Both the position numbers and the translations under genes were made by a program. A DNA stretch of 54,554 nt from Myxococcota bacterium (GTDB lineage: Bacteria > Myxococcota_A > Bradymonadia > UBA4248), in assembly GCA_045599585.1 (NCBI GenBank), contig JAZRWH010000137.1, positions 1 through 54,554 on the forward strand, given 5' to 3'. The notes under the pieces are model-generated. The model was not told the DNA's origin and ran no database searches. It was given only the letters and a program-made list of their open reading frames with translations. Shown here one piece after another: positions 20,625 through 29,433 of the stretch (positions are counted from its first letter, which is position 1; each line of letters starts with the position of its first letter).

Positions 20625-21377
20625 ATGAACGAAAGTATCATCGACATTTTACAAGCCTATAAAAATAATACACTCTCGCTTGAGGAAGCCGCAAAACGCA
20701 TTCGCGCAGCAGAAGCGATTGACTTGGGATTTGCAAATATTGATCTTCAACGCAAAGCACGCCGTGGCGCTTCAGAAGTCATTTTTGGGGCATCCAAAAC
20801 CCCAGAGCAAATCATTAAAATTGCGCAAACACTCGCTGATCACGATCAATCCCCCATTCTTATTACGCGCTTAAAACCAGATTCTGCCGATATTGTAAGT
20901 CGAACACTCAAAATCCAATACGATCCCATTTCACAAACGGCTATCGTCGGAGCATTTCCTACTCCAGATGGATTGGGCAAAATTGCAGTTGTTACAGCTG
21001 GTACAAGCGATATCCCCGTTGCTGAAGAAGCTGCAATTACTGCGCAATTTTTAGGAAACCATGTAGATAGAATTTATGATGTCGGTGTCGCGGGAATTCA
21101 TAGACTGCTCTCGCGTGTTGATCAATTGAGAGAGGCTCGCGTTGTTATTGCTATCGCTGGCATGGAAGGCGCGTTAGCAAGTGTCGTTGCAGGGCTCGTT
21201 GAATCTCCCGTAATCGCAGTTCCAACGAGTATTGGATACGGTGCAGCGTTTAACGGACTTGCAGCCCTACTTTCGATGATTAATGCATGTGCGACGGGCA
21301 TTAGTGTCGTGAATATTGATAATGGCTTTGGCGCTGCTTTCGTTGCCAGTAAAATTAATCACATCAAGCCTGTCTAA
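20625..21377 (+). CDS. larB: LarB-like nickel-pincer cofactor biosynthesis carboxylase (PurE fold)
   Basis: The C-terminal PurE-like domain is KIAVVTAGTSDIPVAEEAAI...VIAIAGMEGALASVVAGL...PVIAVPTS, with a roughly 100-aa N-terminal extension. It lies adjacent to larC. Confidence 0.8.
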   Translation: MNESIIDILQAYKNNTLSLEEAAKRIRAAEAIDLGFANIDLQRKARRGASEVIFGASKTPEQIIKIAQTLADHDQSPILITRLKPDSADIVSRTLKIQYDPISQTAIVGAFPTPDGLGKIAVVTAGTSDIPVAEEAAITAQFLGNHVDRIYDVGVAGIHRLLSRVDQLREARVVIAIAGMEGALASVVAGLVESPVIAVPTSIGYGAAFNGLAALLSMINACATGISVVNIDNGFGAAFVASKINHIKPV

Positions 21378-21489
21378 CACTTATAGTGAGCATAGAAGAA
21401 AAACAATGAGCATCTGCACATGTACCATCATAAGAAAATGAACCTGAACTAGAGCCCCAAACATACGCTCTCTGAAGAACCGTGTAACG

Positions 21490-21690
21490 CGTCGCTTCCG
21501 CTTGTCGTTGAGCATCAGTTACTTTAATTTATCGATATATAATCGCTTCTAAACAAAAAAAGACTTAAGATTACTATAAATTGCACGCGTAGCGAAGGCG
21601 AAGGCAAGCAGCGGGAGCACCGGACGCGCATGTTGAAGACAAAGTCAAGTTCGCGCCCGCCGATGAGCTTTTCATTTGTTGAGAGCGTTT
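21490..21690 (+). mobile_element. MITE-like element copy 3, degenerate (about 80% over 120+ bp, no recognisable TIRs)
   Basis: ...TTATCGATATATAaTCGcTTCTAAaCAaaAAAAGACTTAAGATTACTaTaAATtGC...GCGAAGGCGAAGGCAAGCAGCGGGaGCACCgGACG aligns to copies 1 and 2. Confidence 0.55.
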
Positions 21691-21777
21691 GAATACAGGT
21701 CCGGTAAATATTCGTGCGGTTGTTTTGATTCCATGCTAAAACTTAACCTTGGGTGGACTTTTAAAGCACCCCAAGAT

Positions 21778-21803
21778 TGATTGAAAATAATTCATCAATC
21801 AAC
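21778..21803. promoter_or_regulatory. inverted repeat TTGATTGA-n10-TCAATCAA in the larB-larC spacer; candidate operator
   Basis: Seen in the sequence, about 200 nt upstream of the larC start. Confidence 0.3.
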
Positions 21804-22002
21804 AAATTAATACTGTTTTTCACAAAATTAAACCATAATTTTGCAAAAACCATGAACAGTATCGACACATCCCCCAATAAAAATCGCATCATTACATGTT
21901 ATATCTGATGTTTTGTATCAGACTTATTATTACAATTTGCAAAATATTCTAGGGCTTTATTTGCGAATTTTACCTAACAAACCCTAGTGGAGTTTGATCG
22001 AA

Positions 22003-23480
22003 TGGAAACACTTTATTTTGACTGTCAAATGGGAGCAGCTGGCGACATGATCACAGCAGCACTTTTGGATCTCTTTGATAACCCCGAAGCTGTGATCTGC
22101 GAGCTAAATCAAATTGGCCTGCCAGGTGTCGAATTCAGTCACTCCAAAGTCGAAAAATCCGGTATTTCGGGCATGCAAGTAACCATTAAGGTCAATGGCA
22201 TCGAAGAAATCTGCGAAGATGTCAAAGCACATTATGAGCATCATGCCCACGCGCACCACCATTGCCACGCGCACAACGAACACGAACATTGCCATGAACA
22301 TGAGCATTGCCACGAACACGAACATTGCCACGTACATGGGCATTGTCACGAACATGAGCATTGCCACGAACATCAGCATTGCCACGAACATGGGCATTGT
22401 CACGAACATGAGCATTGTCACGAACATGAGCATTGCCACGAACATGAACATTGCCACGAACATCAGCATTGCCACGAACATGGGCATTGTCACGAACATG
22501 GGCATTGTCACGAACATGGGCATTCACATGAACATCACCACGCTACGATGAACGAAATCTATGCAATCGTTGATGCACTCAATATCGACGATTCTGTGAA
22601 AGCAAATGTACGTGCTGTTTATGAAATCATCGCAGAAGCCGAGAGCCACGCTCATGGTGTTCCTGTCACAGAAGTACATTTTCACGAAGTCGGAACGATG
22701 GATGCGATTGCCGATATTACGGCCGTTTGTTTATTAATTCACAAGCTTAACCCCAAACAGATATTGTGTTCGCCGATTCATGTCGGAAGTGGCCATGTTC
22801 ACTGCGCACACGGCATTCTTCCGGTGCCAGCGCCTGCTACGGCCTTCATTTTACGTGGCATTCCTGCGTACGGCGGAGAGGTCAATGGCGAATTGTGTAC
22901 ACCGACGGGAGCGGCAATTGCTAAACATTTTGCAAACAAATTCTGCTACATGCCCATGATGAACACCAAACGCGTAGGCTACGGCATGGGCAAAAAGACT
23001 TTTGAACGTCCTAATTGTGTACGCGCATTTTTAGGAAATACAGAAGATAATTCTGAAATCATCTGCGAGTTAAGCTGTAATCTTGATGATATGTCAGCAG
23101 AAGCGATGGGATTTGCGCAAGAGCGTCTTATGGAAGAAGGGGCTTTGGATGTATTTTCCACAGCAATTGTTATGAAAAAATCGAGACCCGGCTATATGCT
23201 GACGATTCTTTGTAACACGAGTGATCGAGAACACATCCTCAAAACCATCTTTGCGCATACCACGACGATCGGCGTTCGAGAAAAACTATGCCAACGATAT
23301 GTTTTAGCACGAGAGATACAAACGGTTTCGCTGCCGGAAGGGGAGGTTCGGATTAAAAGATCAACGGGGTACGGCGTTGAACGATCTAAAGCGGAATATG
23401 AAGATTTAGCTCGTATTGCAAAAGAGCGAGGCGTTTCGCTGAAAAGTATCGAAGAAGAAGTCATGAAAAAGAGATCGTAA
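22003..23480 (+). CDS. larC: LarC nickel insertion protein (DUF111 family) with expanded His/Cys-rich repeat
   Basis: METLYFDCQMGAAGDMITAALLDLF matches the LarC N-terminus; the track ORF starts at GTG 21987. There is an internal (HEHEHC)n metal-binding repeat. The C-terminal CTP-binding LarC2-like portion is present. Confidence 0.85.
22255..22545 (+). repeat. about 15 tandem 18-bp units (CACGAACATGAGCATTGC and variants) encoding (HEHEHC)n inside larC
   Basis: Period-18 direct repeats are visible. Translation is HCHEHEHCHEHEHC... The antisense ORFs at 22104..22523 and 22222..22527 are artefacts of this repeat. Confidence 0.9.
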
Positions 23481-23493
23481 ATTTTGATGACCC

Positions 23494-23523
23494 AAAGAGC
23501 GGTTCATTGAACCGCTCTTTTTG
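23494..23523 (+). terminator. rho-independent terminator after larC
   Basis: AAAGAGCGGTTCattgAACCGCTCTTT followed by TTG. Confidence 0.8.
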
Positions 23524-23684
23524 TAAGCTTCGACAACAGATCTTGATCGCTCTAACGCAAGACCACAAAGCAATCCTGACAATAACGAATCAATAGCAGT
23601 TGGGAGAATGCGTTGAGCAGCTAAGTGATACTTATATAATTAAAACCAAGACTCAACATAATATATAAGTATTGACTCAAACGA

Positions 23685-23787
23685 GGGGGTAGCGGCGTAT
23701 CATCATAGCCCAAGACAAAAGATTCAATGCAGTCATACACCACAACCTTGGGCGAAGATGATAGCCGCTCAGGGGGAGACCTCCCCC
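23685..23787 (+). repeat. REP-like element copy C (62-bp middle)
   Basis: GGGGGTAGCGGCGTAT...ATAGCCGCTCAGGGGGAGACCTCCCCCC. Confidence 0.85.
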
Positions 23788-23800
23788 CAAAAGGCGCATA

Positions 23801-24160
23801 TTAAGAAAGCTGACTCACCTCAGAAGGCGTTGTTTGAGCAGAGTCTTCTTTGAGATCCAAAAGGACTTTTTTGACTGCCCCACGCGGATCTTTGACAAGA
23901 AGTCGAACGGTCCAAATGACGAGCGCGAGTGCAACGACGCTGAGTCCCAAGAAAGCGTCATTAAGCATTTCGGCGGGGGCGGGTTGGAAGTATTCGGCAC
24001 CAGCTTCGATGTATTCGAAAACGGCATCGACAAACCACATGATGGAAGCACCCCAAAATAGAAAACAAAGCGTCGACAAACACCAGTTATCTTCAGGAGC
24101 TTTAGCATACCATTTAATGGTAGCAATGACGGCTGCAAACACGGTAATGAGTAACGTCAT
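23801..24160 (-). CDS. small membrane protein (2-3 TM), unknown function, paralog of adjacent gene
   Basis: AAGGA SD. Hydrophobic segments present. The C-terminal AEMLNDAFLGLSVVALALVIWTVRLLVKDP aligns with AEMFHEMSTVGVTMLLVCLAVWAVMLLVARSV of the upstream gene. Confidence 0.6.
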   Translation of the reverse strand: MTLLITVFAAVIATIKWYAKAPEDNWCLSTLCFLFWGASIMWFVDAVFEYIEAGAEYFQPAPAEMLNDAFLGLSVVALALVIWTVRLLVKDPRGAVKKVLLDLKEDSAQTTPSEVSQLS

Positions 24161-24162
24161 AA

Positions 24163-24519
24163 TTAATGTTCCTTAACAGCAGAGCGAACTTCGACAGAGC
24201 GAGCAACGAGAAGCATGACAGCCCAAACTGCGAGGCAAACGAGAAGCATGGTGACGCCAACAGTAGACATTTCATGGAACATCTCGGCAGCATCGTTGGG
24301 ATCATTCATAGCTGTAAGGAAAGGGAACCAAGCGACGACTTCGCCGTGCCAAACGTGTTCAAAAGCGAGCAGGATCGAACCACCAGCCAAAAGTTTAGTA
24401 AGCCAACCGAGTTTGCGCGAAAACGAGCACTGGGATGAGGAGTCTTGCTTCTTGTGAACGCATTTTGAAGCAACATGCGAAATAACGGCGCCAACAGCAG
24501 GAACGACAAAACAACCCAT
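24163..24519 (-). CDS. small membrane protein, paralog of 23801..24160
   Basis: GGAG SD sits 8 nt upstream. Its stop lies 2 nt before the next start. Same architecture as the downstream paralog. Confidence 0.6.
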   Translation of the reverse strand: MGCFVVPAVGAVISHVASKCVHKKQDSSSQCSFSRKLGWLTKLLAGGSILLAFEHVWHGEVVAWFPFLTAMNDPNDAAEMFHEMSTVGVTMLLVCLAVWAVMLLVARSVEVRSAVKEH

Positions 24520-24924
24520 AACTTAACTCCATAAATCGTAAGGCCCACAGAATGTTTGCGAACGCTTGCCCAGAGCAGCGCACAAACCGCACAAGCCTAA
24601 AACCTATCAACTAAAACAATCTCCGTCTGACACAGTGTCAAACAACAGAACAATGGGCTTGTAAACGTTTAGGACAAAATTTAAAATAATAAAATTGAGT
24701 ATTTGAACGCAAACGACACTTCGCTCGATTCGGAGAGACGGTCCGTATAAAACTGATCAAAAAAGTGGCATACGAAGCGTGAAAAGATAAAAAAAATCCC
24801 AAATATCTTGGGGAATGTCATAAAGAGCAAAAGCTGTTTTGGCTTAAGCCGGTCAGACGGCTAGAAGCATAAGTAAAAAGATCTGACCTTAACGTCAGCA
24901 ACTTTGATAAACGAGGAGAATTCC

Positions 24925-26460
24925 ATGACGTGGACGAGACGTGATTTTATGGCGGCAGGCGCAATGGCCGCCGGCGCCGCAGCGTTTGCCGGATGCGCCG
25001 CATCAAAGAAGGAGACTGCAGTGAGTCCTGTACAAAATTCAGCGAGACCATCATATTTTGAGTCAAGATTCGGAGTTACATCCGAAATGACAAACAAGGT
25101 CTTATCGCGCGCTTTAGCACACGGTGGTCAATGGGGAGAGCTTTATTTTGAGCACTCGCGCAACGTTTCTTTGCTGCTGAAAGACAGCATTGTTTCGCAA
25201 GCCTACACTGGCATATCGCTGGGCATGGGTGTCCGCACAGTCGTCGACGATCAGGTGGGGTATGCCTTCACTGAATCACTGATGCTAAACGACATGCTGG
25301 CTGCGGCAGATGCAGCGGCTGCGATTGCCCAAGGCGCAGACGCAGGCGTTGTTAAACCTCAGCATTGGCTCGATATCCAAAAAATCTGGTACGACCAGCA
25401 GGCAAACTGGGATGCCGTCGACATTGCGGAAGCTGCAGCCCTACTTCGCAGTATTGAAGCCAAAGCACGCGCCAAATCCAACGAAATTACAAAAGTCCAG
25501 GTGAGTCTTAACTGGAATCAGCGCAATATCTTTGTCACATCAAGCGACGGCACAAACGCTGAAGATTCGCAACCTTACGCCAATCTTCGTGTGACGCTCG
25601 TCATGGATCGCGGTGGAGAACTCCAGTCCAACTCCGATTCGATCGCGATCATGGGCAGTTTTGCAACCTACAACGATGCACGCATCGAAACGATGCTCAA
25701 TGATCTGGTTCGCGACACTGCAATTCTGTTCGACGCTGTCAAACCTAAAGGTGGCGACTGGCCTGTTGTGTTGGGTGCCGGAGCAAGCGGTATCCTGCTC
25801 CACGAAGCCATTGGGCATGGTCTTGAAGCCGACTTCAACCGCAAAGAAGTCAGTATCTACGCAGACAAGATGAACAAAAAAGTCGCCGAAGCAAACGTTA
25901 CTGTCGTCGACAGCGGCGAAAACGAAGGCTCCCGCGGCGCCCTAAACGTTGATGACGAAGGTACGCTTTCTCAAAAAACGGTTCTCATCGACAAGGGTAT
26001 CCTACGTAGCTACATGCATGACAAAATTAGCGCTAAACATTACGGCGTTGCACCGACTGGCAGTGGTCGACGTGAATCCTACAAAAACAACCCTATTCCA
26101 CGTATGCGCACAACCTATATGGAAAATGGTGATGCTAGCTTTGAAGATCTCATCAAAGACGTCAAATACGGTATCTACTGCACGCGTTACACAAACGGTC
26201 AGGTTTTAATTGGTGCTGGTGACTATACCTTTTATGTTAAAAATGGCTTCCTAATCGAAGACGGCAAATTGACTGCTCCTATTAAAGACGTCAATATCAT
26301 CGGCAACGGTCCCGATACACTTTCGAAGATCACGCGCGTTGCCAACGACTTCGCATACAGCTGCAGCGGATGGACATGCGGTAAAGATGGTCAAAGTATG
26401 CCCGTATCGCTCGGTATGCCCTCTGTTCTCGTTTCTTCGATCAGTGTTGGAGGTAATTAA
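24925..26460 (+). CDS. tldD: TldD (peptidase U62 / metalloprotease) with Tat signal and lipobox
   Basis: MTWTRRDFMAAGAMAAGAAAFAGC carries a twin-arginine motif (TRRDFM) and a lipobox-like AGC. TldD family motifs include HEAIGHGLEAD. GAGGAG SD. The track start at 24904 is an alternative. Confidence 0.9.
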   Translation: MTWTRRDFMAAGAMAAGAAAFAGCAASKKETAVSPVQNSARPSYFESRFGVTSEMTNKVLSRALAHGGQWGELYFEHSRNVSLLLKDSIVSQAYTGISLGMGVRTVVDDQVGYAFTESLMLNDMLAAADAAAAIAQGADAGVVKPQHWLDIQKIWYDQQANWDAVDIAEAAALLRSIEAKARAKSNEITKVQVSLNWNQRNIFVTSSDGTNAEDSQPYANLRVTLVMDRGGELQSNSDSIAIMGSFATYNDARIETMLNDLVRDTAILFDAVKPKGGDWPVVLGAGASGILLHEAIGHGLEADFNRKEVSIYADKMNKKVAEANVTVVDSGENEGSRGALNVDDEGTLSQKTVLIDKGILRSYMHDKISAKHYGVAPTGSGRRESYKNNPIPRMRTTYMENGDASFEDLIKDVKYGIYCTRYTNGQVLIGAGDYTFYVKNGFLIEDGKLTAPIKDVNIIGNGPDTLSKITRVANDFAYSCSGWTCGKDGQSMPVSLGMPSVLVSSISVGGN

Positions 26461-26462
26461 CC

Positions 26463-27791
26463 ATGTCTCAGGATATGAAAAATATCGTTCAAAAAGCACT
26501 CGAATGTGCAAAAAAATACGGCGCTCAGGATGCATTCGCCAGCGTTGCTCACGGTCAATCGGTCGATATCACTTGGCGCAAAAAGAAAGTCGAAAACATG
26601 GCGAGTTCTGGTACCTCGGCGTTGGCAATCGACCTCTATGTTGATGGACGCTACAGTACGCATTCGACCTCTGATCTTCGCGATGAGTCTATCGAAGCTT
26701 TTATTAAGCGCGGTGTCGAAGTTACACGTCTCTTGGAACCCGATGAATTCAGAGCACTTCCCGACCCTGCAAAATACGAAGGCCGAACGAATGCAGACCT
26801 GCAAACAGTAGATCCGGCTGTCGAAAATATGACGCCCGATGACCTCATCGCCATGACCAAAGAACTCGAAGATGCCGCACTCGCGCACAGCGATGCTCCC
26901 ATTCAGGATGTTTCGACCGGCGCTTCCTACGAAAAAAGCGATTACTTTTCTGCATCAAGCAATGGTTTTTCGGGTGAACGCAGTTCCACAGCTGTTTCAA
27001 ATTATACTGAGATCGTTCTTAAATCGCCTGATGGCAAAGTACCCTCCGACTATGCCTTCTCCACAGGGCATCACAAATCAGATCTTCTCTCGTCCCAATC
27101 TATTTCGGACGAAGCACTCAAACGTGCGCTTACGTGCCTGAATCAGAAAAAACTCCCCACCAAATCGCGCACGGCACTTTTTGACAATCGTGCAGCTGTC
27201 ACGCTGATGAATCACTATCTAGGCCCGATTGTTGGCGCTTCTATCGACCAAAAACAATCCTATTTTCTTGATAAAATTGGTCAAAAATGCGGCTCTGATC
27301 TATTGACGCTCGTCGACATGCCGCACATTCCCGGCGGTCCGGCTTCACGCGCTTACGATTCTGAAGGCATGGCGACCCATGACCGTACGATTTTTGAAAA
27401 TGGTTCTCTCAAACAATATAATTTGAGCAACTATTACGCGCGCAAACTCAATCTTGAAGTCACGAGCAGCGCTTTTACAAATCTCGTTATGCCTGGTTCC
27501 AAAGATGGCAAGTCGCTTGATGAACTTATTAAATCCATTCAAGACGGCATCCTCATTACAGGCTTCCTGGGCGGAAACAAAGACGCTGTCCGTGGCGATT
27601 TCTCGTACGGTATCGTTGGCATCGCCATCGAAAATGGCGAACTTACAACGCCTATTTCCGAAATGAATATTAACGGGAACTTTAATACATTCTGGAATAA
27701 TTTGTCCGCACTTGGCAATAATCCCTATTTGTATAGCAAACTTATGATTCCTTCTCTACGCATTGATGACGTCGTCCTTTCTGGAACGTAA
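26463..27791 (+). CDS. pmbA: PmbA/TldE (peptidase U62 partner subunit), no signal peptide
   Basis: Begins 2 nt after the tldD stop. PmbA-like length, with the C-terminal GGN...G motifs. The N-terminus MSQDMKNIVQKALE is hydrophilic. Confidence 0.85.
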   Translation: MSQDMKNIVQKALECAKKYGAQDAFASVAHGQSVDITWRKKKVENMASSGTSALAIDLYVDGRYSTHSTSDLRDESIEAFIKRGVEVTRLLEPDEFRALPDPAKYEGRTNADLQTVDPAVENMTPDDLIAMTKELEDAALAHSDAPIQDVSTGASYEKSDYFSASSNGFSGERSSTAVSNYTEIVLKSPDGKVPSDYAFSTGHHKSDLLSSQSISDEALKRALTCLNQKKLPTKSRTALFDNRAAVTLMNHYLGPIVGASIDQKQSYFLDKIGQKCGSDLLTLVDMPHIPGGPASRAYDSEGMATHDRTIFENGSLKQYNLSNYYARKLNLEVTSSAFTNLVMPGSKDGKSLDELIKSIQDGILITGFLGGNKDAVRGDFSYGIVGIAIENGELTTPISEMNINGNFNTFWNNLSALGNNPYLYSKLMIPSLRIDDVVLSGT

Positions 27792-27836
27792 TCTCTCACG
27801 CTGCGTGCTTTGTATAATACAAAGCGCACAACGCAC

Positions 27837-27897
27837 GGCGTATTGGCCTCGCCAATAGCCGCGCGGCTCTGGCGTATTGGCATCGCCAATAGCCAGA
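27837..27897. repeat. tandem pair of core-only hairpins GGCGTATTGGC-nnn-GCCAATAGCC
   Basis: GGCGTATTGGCctcGCCAATAGCCGC followed by CTGGCGTATTGGCatcGCCAATAGCCAG. Confidence 0.8.
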
Positions 27898-27952
27898 GCA
27901 ACATTATTTATAGTATTCTGTAATCAACTTTATTTTTGATAATTTTATAGAA

Positions 27953-28005
27953 GGGGAAGGCCTTCCCCTGAGCAGCTATTGGCAAGCCAATACGCTGCTA
28001 CCCCT
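27953..28005 (-). repeat. REP-like element copy D, diverged (GGGGAAGGCCTTCCCC head; AGCaGCTATTGGCaaGCCAATACGCtGCT core)
   Basis: The architecture is the same but with base substitutions. The core equals the core-only hairpin consensus. Confidence 0.7.
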
Positions 28006-28086
28006 TCTGGCCGCAGCGCCTTAATATAGTTTATCAAAGATTCCCTTATCTAATTCCATTGCGGATAATTACAAAAAAGGTACGAA

Positions 28087-29328
28087 ATGCTTAAAAATTA
28101 TTATGATTCACTCTTGACGCGTTTTCTCCGCTACGTTCAGATCGATACACAATCTGACCCCGAAAGCACAACGTATCCGACAACATCAAAACAGTTTGAC
28201 CTCCTGCGTGTACTCAAATCGGAGTGCGAAGCGCTGGGACTCTCTAACGTTGAACTTGACAAATATGGCTACATGACGGCCACTCTGCCTTCGAATACAG
28301 ATCATCCCACAAAAACGGTTGGTTTCATGGCGCACGTTGATACATCCCCCGAAATCAGCGGCGCAGGCGTCAAACCTATCTTACACAAAAATTATCAAGG
28401 TCAGGACATCGTACTGCCCGATCGCCCCAATACCGTTATTCGTTTTGCCGAAACCAAAGAACTCGCTGAACAAATCGGCAATGATATCATCACTGCTTCC
28501 GGCACAACTTTGCTCGGCGCAGATAATAAATCGGGCGTTGCCGCTGTGATGACCGCCATGCAGTACCTGCTCGATCATCCCGAAATTAAACACGGTGATA
28601 TCCGCGTTGCATTCACGCCCGATGAAGAAGTCGGCGGCGGTACCACTTATTTTGATGTTGAAAAATTCAATGCTTACTGCGCCTACACAATCGACTCCTC
28701 GACACTCGGTATGCTCGATACCGAAACTTTCAGCGCTGATGCCATGAATATCACTTTCGAAGGTTTCAACACACACCCCGGCGACGCCTACCACACGATG
28801 ATCAATGCGATTAAACTCGCTTCTGACTTCGTTGCGCGCCTCCCCAAAGATACGCTTTCCCCCGAAACAACACGCGGTCGTGAAGGTTTCGTACATCCAA
28901 CGGACATCCGAGGCGGTGTAGATGCTGCTACCGTCCAGTTCATCATCCGCGACTTTGTCGAATCAAAACTTGTCGAAAAGAAAGATCTCCTTCTCAAACT
29001 TGCTCAAGAAACAGTCGACGCAAATCCTGGCTCTAAGTTTTCTTATGAGCATCGCGTGCAATACCGCAACATGCGAGAAGTCTTAGATCGCTTCCCCGAC
29101 GTCGTCGGAAACGCTGCACAAGCCATTCGTGATGCAGGACTTCAACTCCGCGAAGAATCGGTACGTGGCGGTACAGACGGTTCGGAGCTCTCACGCAAAG
29201 GCCTCCCCACCCCCAATATCTTCGCCGGTGAACATAACTATCACTCACGTTACGAGTGGGTCAGTGTTCAGGATATGTTAAAATCGGCTGAAGTTATTGT
29301 TAGACTCGCACAGATCTGGGGTAAATAA
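28087..29328 (+). CDS. pepT: peptidase T (tripeptide aminopeptidase, M20B)
   Basis: YLQIDTQSD-type N-terminus. MAHVDT, GADNKSG and TPDEEVGGG are M20 metal-ligand motifs, and the overall match is to PepT. Confidence 0.9.
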   Translation: MLKNYYDSLLTRFLRYVQIDTQSDPESTTYPTTSKQFDLLRVLKSECEALGLSNVELDKYGYMTATLPSNTDHPTKTVGFMAHVDTSPEISGAGVKPILHKNYQGQDIVLPDRPNTVIRFAETKELAEQIGNDIITASGTTLLGADNKSGVAAVMTAMQYLLDHPEIKHGDIRVAFTPDEEVGGGTTYFDVEKFNAYCAYTIDSSTLGMLDTETFSADAMNITFEGFNTHPGDAYHTMINAIKLASDFVARLPKDTLSPETTRGREGFVHPTDIRGGVDAATVQFIIRDFVESKLVEKKDLLLKLAQETVDANPGSKFSYEHRVQYRNMREVLDRFPDVVGNAAQAIRDAGLQLREESVRGGTDGSELSRKGLPTPNIFAGEHNYHSRYEWVSVQDMLKSAEVIVRLAQIWGK

Positions 29329-29356
29329 TTATATAAATCCTTAGTGCATAATATAT

Positions 29357-29388
29357 AAAGACGCTCATAACGAGCGTCTTTTATTTTA
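29357..29388 (+). terminator. rho-independent terminator after pepT
   Basis: AAGACGCTCataaCGAGCGTCTTTTATTTT. Confidence 0.8.
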
Positions 29389-29433
29389 TATTCAGGCATC
29401 GAATCTATATAAAAACTTACAAATGATACTATC

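Noticed and set aside
22104-22527. Minus-strand ORFs of 139 and 101 aa inside larC
   Set aside because: They are pure artefacts of the 18-bp tandem repeat, giving periodic MPMFVT / NAHVRD translations. They are antisense to a well-supported gene and have no SD.
24904-24924. Upstream start MINEENS for tldD
   Set aside because: The downstream ATG (24925) gives a canonical Tat signal immediately at the N-terminus, and a GAGGAG SD is correctly spaced for it.
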